DNA of 33,980 nucleotides from a virus (Duplodnaviria; Heunggongvirae; Uroviricota; Caudoviricetes): IMG/VR virus record IMGVR_UViG_2869970738_000009; one strand, 5' to 3'. Shown piece by piece: positions 11,393 to 20,457 of this stretch (position 1 is its first letter; each line of letters starts with the position of its first letter). The notes under the pieces were generated by a model. It saw only the letters and a program-made list of their open reading frames with translations, ran no database searches and was not told where the DNA came from. The position numbers and the translations under genes were made by a program.

Positions 11393-11653
11393 ATGTTTTC
11401 GAACTTTTTCATGGCTTCCTCAGCTGACTTATATGTTCTGCTATATAGCGAGTCTCAGAAGTGTTTTCATATTGAGACTGTTTCCGCAATGATTGATAAA
11501 AATGTTCGCATGTACCTTGAAGGGCGAAGCGGCGATTATGTCACCATTGGTATTGGTTCTTCCGCAGAAGAGCTTCGCGAGATAAGGGGCAAACTTGTTG
11601 AGATGCGTCATGGTGTTGCTGCTCCTCACTTTTTGGTTGCTCCGGAGGAGTAA
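11393..11653 (+). CDS. hypothetical 86-aa protein, convergent with and overlapping the 3' end of the HTH gene
   Basis: GGAGA Shine-Dalgarno 7 nt before ATG and a TATAAT hexamer about 30 bp upstream; overlap with the opposite-strand gene lowers confidence. Confidence 0.3.
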   Translation: MFSNFFMASSADLYVLLYSESQKCFHIETVSAMIDKNVRMYLEGRSGDYVTIGIGSSAEELREIRGKLVEMRHGVAAPHFLVAPEE

Positions 11654-12044
11654 CCTCACCAGTTAACAGCCACATCGGATCGCAGCCAAGAATATTTGCC
11701 AGTGGGATAAGCATACTGATAGTTGGTTCATACTCTCCGCTCTCCCACTGGATGATAATTTCTTCATCGAGATCGAGCAGCCTGGCGAGTTCGGCGGTTG
11801 TTAAGCCGCAGGCTTCGCGTTGGGTGCGAAGACGGTTGTTGATTGCAGAATTTTTGTTCTGTAAAAGCATTGCTGACGATAGCTTTCTGGATATGCTATT
11901 TGTCATATCCCATGCCAGTCCTGCGCATGACTCTATATCGCTAGAGAGTGTAGCATCAGGTGTTGCTTTTGCTATTAGTGTAATGAGGCTGCCGAGGTTT
12001 TTCAGTTCTTCGAGACAGTCAAGAGTTGTAGCTTTATTGATCAT
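11541..12044 (-). CDS. HTH_XRE-domain protein with a 65-aa N-terminal extension; first gene of the leftward transcript
   Basis: Cro/C1-type HTH (REACGLTTAELARLLDLDEEIIIQWESGEYEPTISMLIPLANILGCDP); GAGG about 10 nt upstream of ATG. Confidence 0.55.
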   Translation of the reverse strand: MINKATTLDCLEELKNLGSLITLIAKATPDATLSSDIESCAGLAWDMTNSISRKLSSAMLLQNKNSAINNRLRTQREACGLTTAELARLLDLDEEIIIQWESGEYEPTISMLIPLANILGCDPMWLLTGEVTPPEQPKSEEQQHHDASQQVCPLSREALLRKNQYQW

Positions 12045-12061
12045 GAGATGATACCTCAGTT

Positions 12062-12122
12062 ACGAACTTTGTTTTATGGTAACTAAGGTGTCAAGGTGTG
12101 GCAAGTGATTTTGATACTTTGG
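12062..12122 (-). promoter_or_regulatory. putative leftward promoter and operator (PL/OL-like)
   Basis: Minus-strand -35 TTGCCA (12099-12104) and -10 TACCAT (12076-12081) with 17-bp spacer; 12-mer TTGATACTTTGG at 12111-12122 and related ACGAACTTTG at 12062-12071. Confidence 0.35.
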
Positions 12123-12146
12123 TTTCTTTTTGTGTTTTGTGTCTGA

Positions 12147-12803
12147 TCAGAAAATATCCCACCTGGCATCAACCACAACACCTACTATTTCGCAATCATT
12201 GTCCATTTCTATGATTGGATATTGTGGATTAAGGGGCTTTAGAAACGCCTTTCCCATGTCAGAAATATATTTTTTGAATGTTGCTTCATTGGTGGATTTT
12301 TTTCTGGCGATGACGTAACACCCTGAAAAAACTTCTTTATCTGGGTTGACAAGGATCGACATTCCTTCAGGAAATGTTATTCCTACGGGCGAAGTCATTG
12401 AGTCTCCGTGCACTTCCAGCCAGAACCCCCTCTCACCAGCGTATTTTACAGAATGCCTCCAATTATCCTGATCATACATGTTGTAGTCATCACCAGAAGT
12501 TGCGAATAATCCTGCCTGAACCCAGTTAATTACAGGGTAAGAGTGTGCTGTGTCTCTCTGTGGGCAGCTCTTAACATTATTTTCCCAATGCTTATCTTTT
12601 TCATCTCCGTTCTGAAGCCACTGCGGTGAACACCGCAGTGCAGCTGCAACTTTAAAAAGGGTGTCACCGTTGAAACTTTTTGTAAGGCCTTGCTCGGCTT
12701 TACTGATTGCAACTCTGGTGATCCCAGCTTTTTTAGCCAACGCATCTTGTGTTAACCCAGCTTTTTGCCGTGCGTTGATGAGACGTTCACCTAAAGACTT
12801 CAT
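12147..12803 (-). CDS. cI: CI-like prophage repressor (N-terminal HTH, C-terminal LexA/S24-type autopeptidase domain)
   Basis: MKSLGERLINARQKAGLTQDALAKKAGITRVAISKAEQG... then ...WLEVHGDSMTSP..., a Ser-protease motif; GAGGAG Shine-Dalgarno; divergent from the rightward operon. Confidence 0.8.
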   Translation of the reverse strand: MKSLGERLINARQKAGLTQDALAKKAGITRVAISKAEQGLTKSFNGDTLFKVAAALRCSPQWLQNGDEKDKHWENNVKSCPQRDTAHSYPVINWVQAGLFATSGDDYNMYDQDNWRHSVKYAGERGFWLEVHGDSMTSPVGITFPEGMSILVNPDKEVFSGCYVIARKKSTNEATFKKYISDMGKAFLKPLNPQYPIIEMDNDCEIVGVVVDARWDIF

Positions 12804-12847
12804 TTTTCTTCTCCTCTCATGGCTGTTGATACGAAAGTAACAGAATT

Positions 12848-12900
12848 TCTTGATACTTTGGAATCCCGCGGTTAACATCGTTGAATAACAAAGTATCTGG
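12848..12900 (+). promoter_or_regulatory. putative rightward promoter and operator (PR/OR-like)
   Basis: -35 TTGATA (12850-12855), -10 TAACAT (12873-12878); 12-mer TTGATACTTTGG at 12850-12861 and its inverted partner CAAAGTATCTGG at 12889-12900. Confidence 0.4.
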
Positions 12901-12914
12901 TGTGAGACTAAAGA

Positions 12915-13142
12915 ATGACCCTTTATGAAATATTAAAAATTCAATTTAAAACCAATGCCGCTATTGGTCGCAGGTTCCCAAAGAAAGGAAGGCCTCGTGG
13001 CAGTCAAGGTGTTGGAAAGTGGAAAACGCGAGGTGTTCCGGAGGATGTTGCCATTCTTTGTCATCTGGATCCGAGCATTCCATATACACACCCAAGGCTA
13101 GCGAATACAGAAGATGACAAGCCCACAGGAGACCAACAATGA
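12915..13142 (+). CDS. hypothetical basic 75-aa protein in the cro position (no recognisable HTH)
   Basis: ORF directly downstream of the PR-like promoter, overlapping the next start by 4 bp; weak Shine-Dalgarno. Confidence 0.3.
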   Translation: MTLYEILKIQFKTNAAIGRRFPKKGRPRGSQGVGKWKTRGVPEDVAILCHLDPSIPYTHPRLANTEDDKPTGDQQ

Positions 13143-13846
13143 ACACCGCAATTTTTAACGGCAAAGCATCCATGACCAGCGTTGAGATCGCAGAGCTGGT
13201 GGGAAGCCGACCAGATAGTGTTAAGAGAACTATTGAAACACTGGCTAAAAAGGGAATCATCCAATTTCCACAGACTGTGGAAATTGAGAATAAACAATCA
13301 CTTGGGCCTCGCCGATTTTCTAGCGCGTATGTATTCGAAGGTGAACGAGGTAAGCGCGACAGCATCATTGTCGTCGCACAGCTCTGTCCTGAATTCACAG
13401 CTCGCCTGGTAGATCGCTGGCGCGAACTGGAAGAACAGATCCGTAAGCCAATGAGCGAAATCGAAATGGTTGCCGCGATGGCTCTTGAAGCCGTTCGCCA
13501 ACAGAAACGGATCACTCAGGTGGAAGAAAAAGTCAGCCACGTTGCTGAAACAGTCGAGCAAATTAAAAAGGGCACTATTCGTGAGGGCTATGCCGGATAT
13601 CGCCAACTGAAAGCAAAAACCGGTTTGTCAGATGATAAATGCCGCAATCTGGTGAACGCCTATCAAATTCCTACAGACACCCATGAGTTCATGACGCCGG
13701 ACAGATTGTTGCCACGTCGCGCAATTGTTGCTGTGGAACCGTTTATGGCTGCTTTTTATCGGGTTATGGAGGAAGCAGAACCGCGAGGGACTCGCTGGTA
13801 TCACCCGAAAATGGGGTTATTTCAGGTTATTGGTTGGCAGCGGTGA
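13139..13846 (+). CDS. Rha-like / antirepressor-type phage regulatory protein
   Basis: N-terminal MTSVEIAELVGSRPDSVKRTIETLAKKG resembles the Rha family N-domain; AGGAGA Shine-Dalgarno. Confidence 0.5.
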   Translation: MNTAIFNGKASMTSVEIAELVGSRPDSVKRTIETLAKKGIIQFPQTVEIENKQSLGPRRFSSAYVFEGERGKRDSIIVVAQLCPEFTARLVDRWRELEEQIRKPMSEIEMVAAMALEAVRQQKRITQVEEKVSHVAETVEQIKKGTIREGYAGYRQLKAKTGLSDDKCRNLVNAYQIPTDTHEFMTPDRLLPRRAIVAVEPFMAAFYRVMEEAEPRGTRWYHPKMGLFQVIGWQR

Positions 13847-14251
13847 AAAAAAGCCGGGAGTAACCCGGCTCACTCAACATCAATAACGGGGAGCTGTTTC
13901 GCATAAAACGGCTCCGAAACATCCAAGAACAGTTCTAAAGATATCAGCAGCTATATGATCATTTCAAGACCAAATATTGATTCTGCAATTTCGGGACGTT
14001 ACACTGTCTCCGCACCTTATAAAGCGGGTGCCGGGATTGGCGTCCTGAAATTCGCACATGCGCATAACCGCGCTTCAGCGGTTTTTTTGCGCACGTTTCC
14101 TCACATCCAAATTATGGTGGGGCGTGCAGGGGCATCGAAAGATGCGCCGGGGTCATGTGCGACCGGTTACGCCAACCCTGTACGTCTCACCACCTCTGTG
14201 ATTGGCGTCCCATGTGGTGAGTTTTCAAAATTCGCACATGAGGATGTCACT

Positions 14252-14803
14252 ATGGCAACCACCCCTACCCAAACTCACCCTAAAATTGATGTTATCCATG
14301 GGAAGGCTGTTACCTCTTCTTTGGCCGTTGCCGAATATTTCTGCAAGCAGCACAAAAACGTTATTCAAAAAATCCAGACGCTTGAGTGCTCTGTTGAATT
14401 CACTGAGCTGAATTTTCAGCCCAGTGATTACACCGATTGCACAGGCCGCAAACTACCTTGCTATCAAATCACCCGCGATGGCTTCGCGTTCCTTGCTATG
14501 GGCTTTACTGGCAAACGTGCAGCCCGGTTCAAAGAGGCATACATCAACGCCTTTAACCAGATGGAGAAGAATTTATCTGGTGCTGACGCGGTTGATATGT
14601 CAGCTGTCGCACGAAACGCCAGAGGCGTATACCTGCATTTGCGTGAAATCCATCAAATCTGGACAAGCCAGCTTTATCCAATGCTTAAGGCCGTTGAATC
14701 TCCGCTGGCTAGCAAACTGTACGACCGTGTTGGTGATGCTGTTTTTGGCGCTGCACTTGTTGATTCCAGGCTGAATGGTTCTGACAAGGAGGTTCGCCCA
14801 TGA
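14252..14803 (+). CDS. Rha-family phage regulatory protein
   Basis: KAVTSSLAVAEYFCKQHKNVIQKIQTLE ... FAFLAMGFTGKRAARFKEAYINAFNQME matches the Rha family as recalled; GAGGA Shine-Dalgarno 7 nt before ATG. Confidence 0.6.
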   Translation: MATTPTQTHPKIDVIHGKAVTSSLAVAEYFCKQHKNVIQKIQTLECSVEFTELNFQPSDYTDCTGRKLPCYQITRDGFAFLAMGFTGKRAARFKEAYINAFNQMEKNLSGADAVDMSAVARNARGVYLHLREIHQIWTSQLYPMLKAVESPLASKLYDRVGDAVFGAALVDSRLNGSDKEVRP

Positions 14804-14994
14804 TTAGTTACGAAATCATCATCTCCACTACGGAATACAGAAACGATGTATCAGTTCGCACGGATGTATCTGTCTGGCACCGTCGCTATAAATCCAGAAA
14901 AACAGCGGAACTGAAAGCGGCAGAGATGTGTGAAACCATCTCAATGAAAGGTAGCCCGGTTAAATACGTAACTACGGTGGAGGTGCGTCCATGA
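14800..14994 (+). CDS. hypothetical phage protein (64 aa)
   Basis: ATGA start/stop overlap with upstream gene. Confidence 0.4.
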   Translation: MISYEIIISTTEYRNDVSVRTDVSVWHRRYKSRKTAELKAAEMCETISMKGSPVKYVTTVEVRP

Positions 14995-15215
14995 TCCGCC
15001 ACATCGTTAATTCCCTGTATCACCGATACAACCGTTGCCCCCGTGTGGGGCAGTGGTTCGCCACCAGCAACGGTCACGTTCTGCGGGTTTGCCTAGTCAA
15101 CGCTGAAAGCCAGAAAGTCGTGTGCGAACTACAGGGGCGTAGCTACACCATCAGTTACCCTCTGGCGGTATTTCTGTCTGGAAAAATGTTTAAGCGTCTG
15201 GGAGGTGTGGCGTGA
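14991..15215 (+). CDS. hypothetical phage protein (74 aa)
   Basis: ATGA start/stop overlap with upstream gene. Confidence 0.4.
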   Translation: MIRHIVNSLYHRYNRCPRVGQWFATSNGHVLRVCLVNAESQKVVCELQGRSYTISYPLAVFLSGKMFKRLGGVA

Positions 15216-15511
15216 ACTGTTTTCAGTTTGTGTGCGGATGTGCTTTCGATAACCCGATTCAGCGCCTGATTATGTTGCGTGTTTTGATGTCGGGTTCTTC
15301 AGACGGTGAAGGCGAGAGAGTTATTGATCATCAGGTGCTTGCTGATTTCTGCTGTTGTTCTAAGCAAGCGATATTCAGGGAAACCCTGGCACTGGAAAGA
15401 GCTGGTTATCTTCATATCCGAAAAATTGCAACGCTTACTATTGATGCAAAAGCCAGACTACAACCTGCGCGTGGCTACACAATTCTCATGCCGCGGAAGG
15501 AGGTTGTATGA
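15212..15511 (+). CDS. hypothetical phage protein (99 aa), possible wHTH
   Basis: GTG start 6 nt after GGAGG; overlaps next start. Confidence 0.4.
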   Translation: MNCFQFVCGCAFDNPIQRLIMLRVLMSGSSDGEGERVIDHQVLADFCCCSKQAIFRETLALERAGYLHIRKIATLTIDAKARLQPARGYTILMPRKEVV

Positions 15512-16488
15512 GCCGTTACGCCCCCACACCGGAAGTTATGGCTATTGGTCAAATTAATATTTCCGGCAATGTTACACCTGCGAACTGGTGGAAATATATT
15601 CGACTACCCAGTGGGCGTCCGGATGCGACGGCTATCGCTCTGCTTTCAGAGATCGTTTACTGGTACCGCCCGACAGAGGTCAGGGATGAGCACACCGGAG
15701 CGTTGCTGGGATATCGCAAGCGTTTTCAGGGCGACAAACTGCAAAGAAGCTACCAGGCGTTTGCTGAGCAGTTTGGTTTCGGGAAAAGGGAAACCGCAGA
15801 TGCGCTGAAGCGTCTGCGCGATGCAGGGTTTATTACTCTGGATTTACGCACGGTGGAAATGCTCGATGGGGTGAAATGCAGCAATATTTTGTTTGTCGGG
15901 ATCAACCCACAGGCAATTGCGGCCATCACCACACCTTCTTCTGTTTCGCCAGAAAGTAACAGCAATAATGCAATCAGCGATACAGCTATTACGTTAAAAC
16001 GGAACACCCCCCGACGTCATAACGGAACAGGGGATACGCCGAATGTTGATACAAATACAGAGATTACAACGGAGACTAAAAACACTATTGATGCATCCGC
16101 TGACGCGTCTGCGCCAGCGCGTTCTGCCCGACAGGAATATTCACCGGAATTTGAACAGGCCTGGCAGGAATATCCCAAACGTGCTGGTGGCAATTCCAAG
16201 TCAGCAGCCTTCAAAGCCTGGAAAGCCCGTATCAGGGAAGGAATAAAACCGGAGACCATGCTTGATGGCGTGAAGCGGTATGCCGCCTGGGTACGTGCTA
16301 CAGGAAATACCGGCACACAGTTCGTGAAGCAGGCTGCGACGTTCTTTGGACCCGATCGTCACTTCGAAGATTACTGGCAACAGCCAGCCGCTCACGGAGG
16401 TGGGCGACAGCGACAGGTTGATGTCCTGGCTGGCCTGGGAGCCATGTCTGACAAATTCGGTAAATCCAGTAACAAATTGACATTCTGA
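15508..16488 (+). CDS. phage replication initiation protein (O-like replisome organiser)
   Basis: AAGGAGG Shine-Dalgarno; N-terminal winged-helix region (EQFGFGKRETADALKRLRDAGFI); lies upstream of the helicase loader. Confidence 0.6.
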   Translation: MSRYAPTPEVMAIGQINISGNVTPANWWKYIRLPSGRPDATAIALLSEIVYWYRPTEVRDEHTGALLGYRKRFQGDKLQRSYQAFAEQFGFGKRETADALKRLRDAGFITLDLRTVEMLDGVKCSNILFVGINPQAIAAITTPSSVSPESNSNNAISDTAITLKRNTPRRHNGTGDTPNVDTNTEITTETKNTIDASADASAPARSARQEYSPEFEQAWQEYPKRAGGNSKSAAFKAWKARIREGIKPETMLDGVKRYAAWVRATGNTGTQFVKQAATFFGPDRHFEDYWQQPAAHGGGRQRQVDVLAGLGAMSDKFGKSSNKLTF

Positions 16489-16498
16489 GGTGACAGCG

Positions 16499-17377
16499 AT
16501 GATGACGATTGACCAACGTGAGAAACAAACAAGACTACAGGCGCGAATGGATGAGTTACGGGCAGAGATTGCATTTGCTCAGAAGGGCGAAAAGCCATGG
16601 CCTTATCGTTCCTGCCTGATGCGTGAAGGTCGCGGATATTGCGAAAAACACGGTAAATATCGTACGCATATACTGGTGTGGAGCGATCGTAATGGCGAGG
16701 ACAGAGAAAAAATTTCATGCTGCCCTGACTGCTTGATCGCTGAAGCCAGTTATTTGACCATGGAACTGTCGTCCCTCAAGGCGGAAGAACTGACTGATAA
16801 CGCCGGAATTGCTCTGCGTTTTCGGGACTGCGAGTTTGATAATTATCTGGAGGTTAATCCTGACGCAGCCAGAAATCTTGCGGCCTGTCGCCGCTATGCG
16901 GAGAACTGGCCAGATATGCTGGAGAACGGTACCAGTCTTGTTATGACCGGCAGTTGCGGTACCGGGAAAAATCATCTGGCGGTATCAATGGCAAAACACA
17001 TCATCCGTAACTATCTGGCCAGTGTGGAGATCACCGACGTGATGCGCCTTACCCGGGCTGTGAAAAACTGCTGGCGGAATGACAGTGAAAAAACAGCGGA
17101 TGACGTCATTGAGCATTATGCGTCACTGGATTTGCTGATTGTCGACGAAGTCGGCGTTCAGTTTGGCAGTGCGGCTGAAATGGCCATTTTGCAGGAAATT
17201 ATCAATGCCCGGTATGAGGGTATTTTGCCAACTATCTTGATCAGCAATCTTTCACCGGAAGAATTGTGGGCGTTCATCAGTCCCCGGATTGCCGACAGGA
17301 TCACCGATGGCGGGCGCAACTGGTTGTCGTTTAACTGGCCCAGCTACCGTTCTCGTATCGGAGGTGTTGCCGCATGA
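16499..17377 (+). CDS. DnaC-like helicase loader (IstB-like AAA+ ATPase)
   Basis: Walker A GSCGTGKNHLAVSMA, Walker B LLIVDEVG; N-terminal Cys cluster. Confidence 0.75.
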   Translation: MMTIDQREKQTRLQARMDELRAEIAFAQKGEKPWPYRSCLMREGRGYCEKHGKYRTHILVWSDRNGEDREKISCCPDCLIAEASYLTMELSSLKAEELTDNAGIALRFRDCEFDNYLEVNPDAARNLAACRRYAENWPDMLENGTSLVMTGSCGTGKNHLAVSMAKHIIRNYLASVEITDVMRLTRAVKNCWRNDSEKTADDVIEHYASLDLLIVDEVGVQFGSAAEMAILQEIINARYEGILPTILISNLSPEELWAFISPRIADRITDGGRNWLSFNWPSYRSRIGGVAA

Positions 17378-18775
17378 CCAGCCAGAACACCCCGGCATGG
17401 CGTAACGATGACCTGGAAGGCGCTGTCATCGGTGCGTTTTTTCTGCGTGGGGCCGATCCGGAAGTGATGGATATTCTGGCCACACTTCCGGCGGATGTAT
17501 TTTTTGTGCGTCAGTACCGGGATATTTACGCGGGGATTTGCAGACAGGCTCGCATATCCGGCGTCATTGACCCCGTACTGCTGTGCAATGAGATGCCGGA
17601 ACTTGCCCCGGTGATTACCGACACCGGACGCAAAACCTGGGTGAAGTCTTCACTGGAGCACTATGTCGCAGCGTTGCGGCGCAATGCCGCACTGCGCGAT
17701 GCAGAAAAAACACTGACTGAAGCATTACAGAATTTACGTGATGCGTATACCTGTGAAGCAGCCGAGGATGCCCTGAAGGATGTGCAGAACATGATGGCCT
17801 CACTGTCGACCGGAAAGGGCGTCATTCAGCCGGTTCACATTGATGATGTCCTTCTGGAAGTGGTCGACCGTGTTGAATGCCGCAATCAGGGACTGGAGAA
17901 ATCCAGGGCGCTGATGACCGGTATTGATGAACTGGACGCAAAAACGGGCGGTATGGAGCCCGGAGACCTGGTATTCATTGCCGCCCGTCCTTCGATGGGG
18001 AAAACCGAACTTGCGCTGGACATCATCGACAAGGTGACTGAGCAGGGGCATGGCGTGCTTCTGTTCACCATGGAGATGGCGAACATCCAGATTGGTGAAC
18101 GTATGGTGTCTGCTGCCGGTGGAATGCCGGTATCCCGTCTTAAGTCTGTTGCCCGTTTTGAAGATGAAGACTGGGCGCGTTTCTCGCAGGGCGTGGGACG
18201 AATGACGGGGCGTAATATCTGGATGGTGGACCAGGCAAACCTGACCCATTGATGAGATATGTGCAACCACGAAGCACCACCGGATGAAACACCCGGAAAC
18301 GGCGCTGGTGGTGGTCGATTACCTCGGCCTGATTAAAACCCGCAGTACGGGGCGTCACGACCTTGCGGTGGGGGAAATCTCAAAGGGACTTAAAAGCCTG
18401 GCAAAATCCGGCGGTTTTCCGCTGATTGCTCTGAGCCAGCTCTCCCGCGGCGTGGAATCCAGACCCAATAAACGCCCAATGAACTCGGACCTGAAAAACT
18501 CCGGGGAAATCGAGGCGGATGCCGACATCATTCTGATGCTTTACAGGGATGAGGTATACAACCCGGAAACTCAGGCCAGAGGCATAGCAGAAATCAACAT
18601 CACGAAACAGCGTAATGGCACGCTCGGGACCATTTACCGGCGTTTTCATAACGGACATTTTCTGCCTGTGGACCAGGAGAGTGCCCGGGTTCTTTCCACA
18701 CCCATGACGCCGGGCAATCCGCGCAGATACAGCAATAACCGCATGTCGGGCAGTAAAACGGAGCGTTTATTTTGA
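17374..18775 (+). pseudogene. DnaB-like replicative helicase, interrupted by a +1 frameshift near 18245-18249
   Basis: N-terminal ORF ends ...MVDQANLTH*; downstream frame reads [29 protein letters not shown]..., continuing the helicase core; removing one C from CCC at 18245-18247 restores one frame. Confidence 0.65.
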
Positions 18776-19029
18776 ACAACAGAACAATCACTGTTTCACC
18801 GGAACAACTTCGTCGGCAGGCGCAGGAGATGCTTCGTTGTGCTGAACAGATGGAAAAAACGAGCGTGGCAAAAGATACGCTCCGCAAGCAGCTTACTCCG
18901 GCGCTTCGTGATCTGCTGCAGGCAAAACACCGTACACAAAAGGCGGTGGATGAGCTGGTGGATTGCGTGGCGGAACTGGAAGGCCAGGTAAGCCAGTTTG
19001 AAACGCTGGTGAAGGAGTTTACTGCGTGA
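18772..19029 (+). CDS. hypothetical phage protein (85 aa, helical)
   Basis: ORF with overlapping start (TTG) at the helicase stop. Confidence 0.35.
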   Translation: MNNRTITVSPEQLRRQAQEMLRCAEQMEKTSVAKDTLRKQLTPALRDLLQAKHRTQKAVDELVDCVAELEGQVSQFETLVKEFTA

Positions 19030-19074
19030 TGGCTGAATTTTTTCTCCTGCGTTCATGCAATATCGTTCGCTGAG

Positions 19075-20070
19075 GTGACCGTGAGAGCATTGTTGACTCC
19101 TGAAATTGCCCCGCGAATGGGGATTGTATTGTTCAGGCCCGGTTCAGAGCTGATGCCCCTGTTTATGCAGGGGCGTGTCCTGCTGGAGCCTGAGCCGGAA
19201 CGTTATTCATCTTTCGCCAGCGGTGCCGTTCCGGCAGCATCACAACCGCTGGCGGATGATCCTGCCGTTCGGGCCGTGTTCCGCCATGAGGCGGTGATCC
19301 GTCGTGCTGGTGGCGTGGAATGCCTTGAGAGCTGGTTACTTCGTGAAAAGGGCTGTCAGTGGCCTCATTCCGACTGGCACAGCGAGAACATGACCACAAT
19401 GCGGCACGCGCCAGGCGCAATCCGTCTGTGCTGGCACTGTGACAATCTTCTCCGTGACCAGTTCACGGAACGGCTGGAATCAATGGCAACGGATAACTGT
19501 GCCCGCTGGGTGTTGTCTGTTGTGCGTCGGGATCTCGGTTTTGATGACAGTCACGTTGTGACAATGCCGGAACTGTGCTGGTGGCTGATTCGTAATGACC
19601 TGGCGGATGCCTTACCGGAAAGTGCAGCCCGTAAGGCACTGAGATTACCGAAGCCTGTTGTGCCGTCTGTCACCCGGGAAAGTGACCTTGTGCCTTCGGT
19701 TCCTGCCACCAGCATCATCCAGGATAAGGCGAAAAAGGTGCTGGCGCTGAAAGTGGATCCGGAGTCGCCGGAGTCTTTTATGTTACGCCCAAAACGTCGC
19801 CGCTGGGTTAACGAGAAATACACACGCTGGGTGAAGACACAGCCGTGTGCGTGTTGTGGTAAGCCAGCCGACGATCCCCATCACCTGATTGGTCATGGTC
19901 AGGGCTGAATGGGGACAAAATCTCACGATATTTTCACGCTACCGCTGTGTCGGGAGCATCACAACGAGCTTCATGCGGATCCTCTGGCGTTCGAAGAAAA
20001 GCATGGTTCTCAGGTTGATTTAATTTTTCGTTTTCTTGATCACGCCTTTGCAACTGGCGTGCTTGGGTAA
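19075..20070 (+). pseudogene. DUF968-like protein with C-terminal HNH/zinc motif, in-frame TGA at 19906-19908
   Basis: ...CACCGKPADDPHHLIGHGQG*MGTKSHDIFTLPLCREHHNELH... is one motif broken by a stop codon. Confidence 0.55.
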
Positions 20071-20082
20071 AAGAGGTGACTG

Positions 20083-20457
20083 ATGCTCATAGATTTGGTT
20101 TTACCTTACCCGCCGACGGTGAACACTTACTGGCGACGCCGTGGCAGCACATATTTTATCTCGGAGGAGGGAAAGCGTTATCGCCGGGCTGTGGCGCTTA
20201 TTGTTCGCCAGCAGCGGCTGAAATTAAGCCTGTCCGGAAGGCTGGCGATAAAGGTGATTGCAGAGCCACCGGATAAGCGTCGTCGCGACCTGGACAATAT
20301 CCTGAAAGCACCGCTGGATGCGCTGACGCATGCGGGAGTGTTAATGGACGATGAGCAGTTTGATGAAATCAATATCGTTCGTGGTCAGCCAGTATCTGGT
20401 GGACGTATGGGGGTGAAGATTTACCCCATAATGCATGAAGAGCAGGTCAAAAAATGA
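20083..20457 (+). CDS. rusA: RusA Holliday-junction resolvase
   Basis: ...PDKRRRDLDNILKAPLDALTHAGVLMDDEQ... matches the RusA catalytic region; AAGAGG Shine-Dalgarno. Confidence 0.8.
   Translation: MLIDLVLPYPPTVNTYWRRRGSTYFISEEGKRYRRAVALIVRQQRLKLSLSGRLAIKVIAEPPDKRRRDLDNILKAPLDALTHAGVLMDDEQFDEINIVRGQPVSGGRMGVKIYPIMHEEQVKK

Noticed and set aside
12915-13142. The 75-aa ORF as a Cro repressor
   Set aside because: Position fits, but no helix-turn-helix pattern is visible and the Shine-Dalgarno is weak; kept as a low-confidence hypothetical CDS rather than called cro.
16017-16718. Minus-strand ORFs within the O-like and DnaC-like genes
   Set aside because: Antisense frames inside genes with clear motifs and good ribosome-binding sites on the plus strand.
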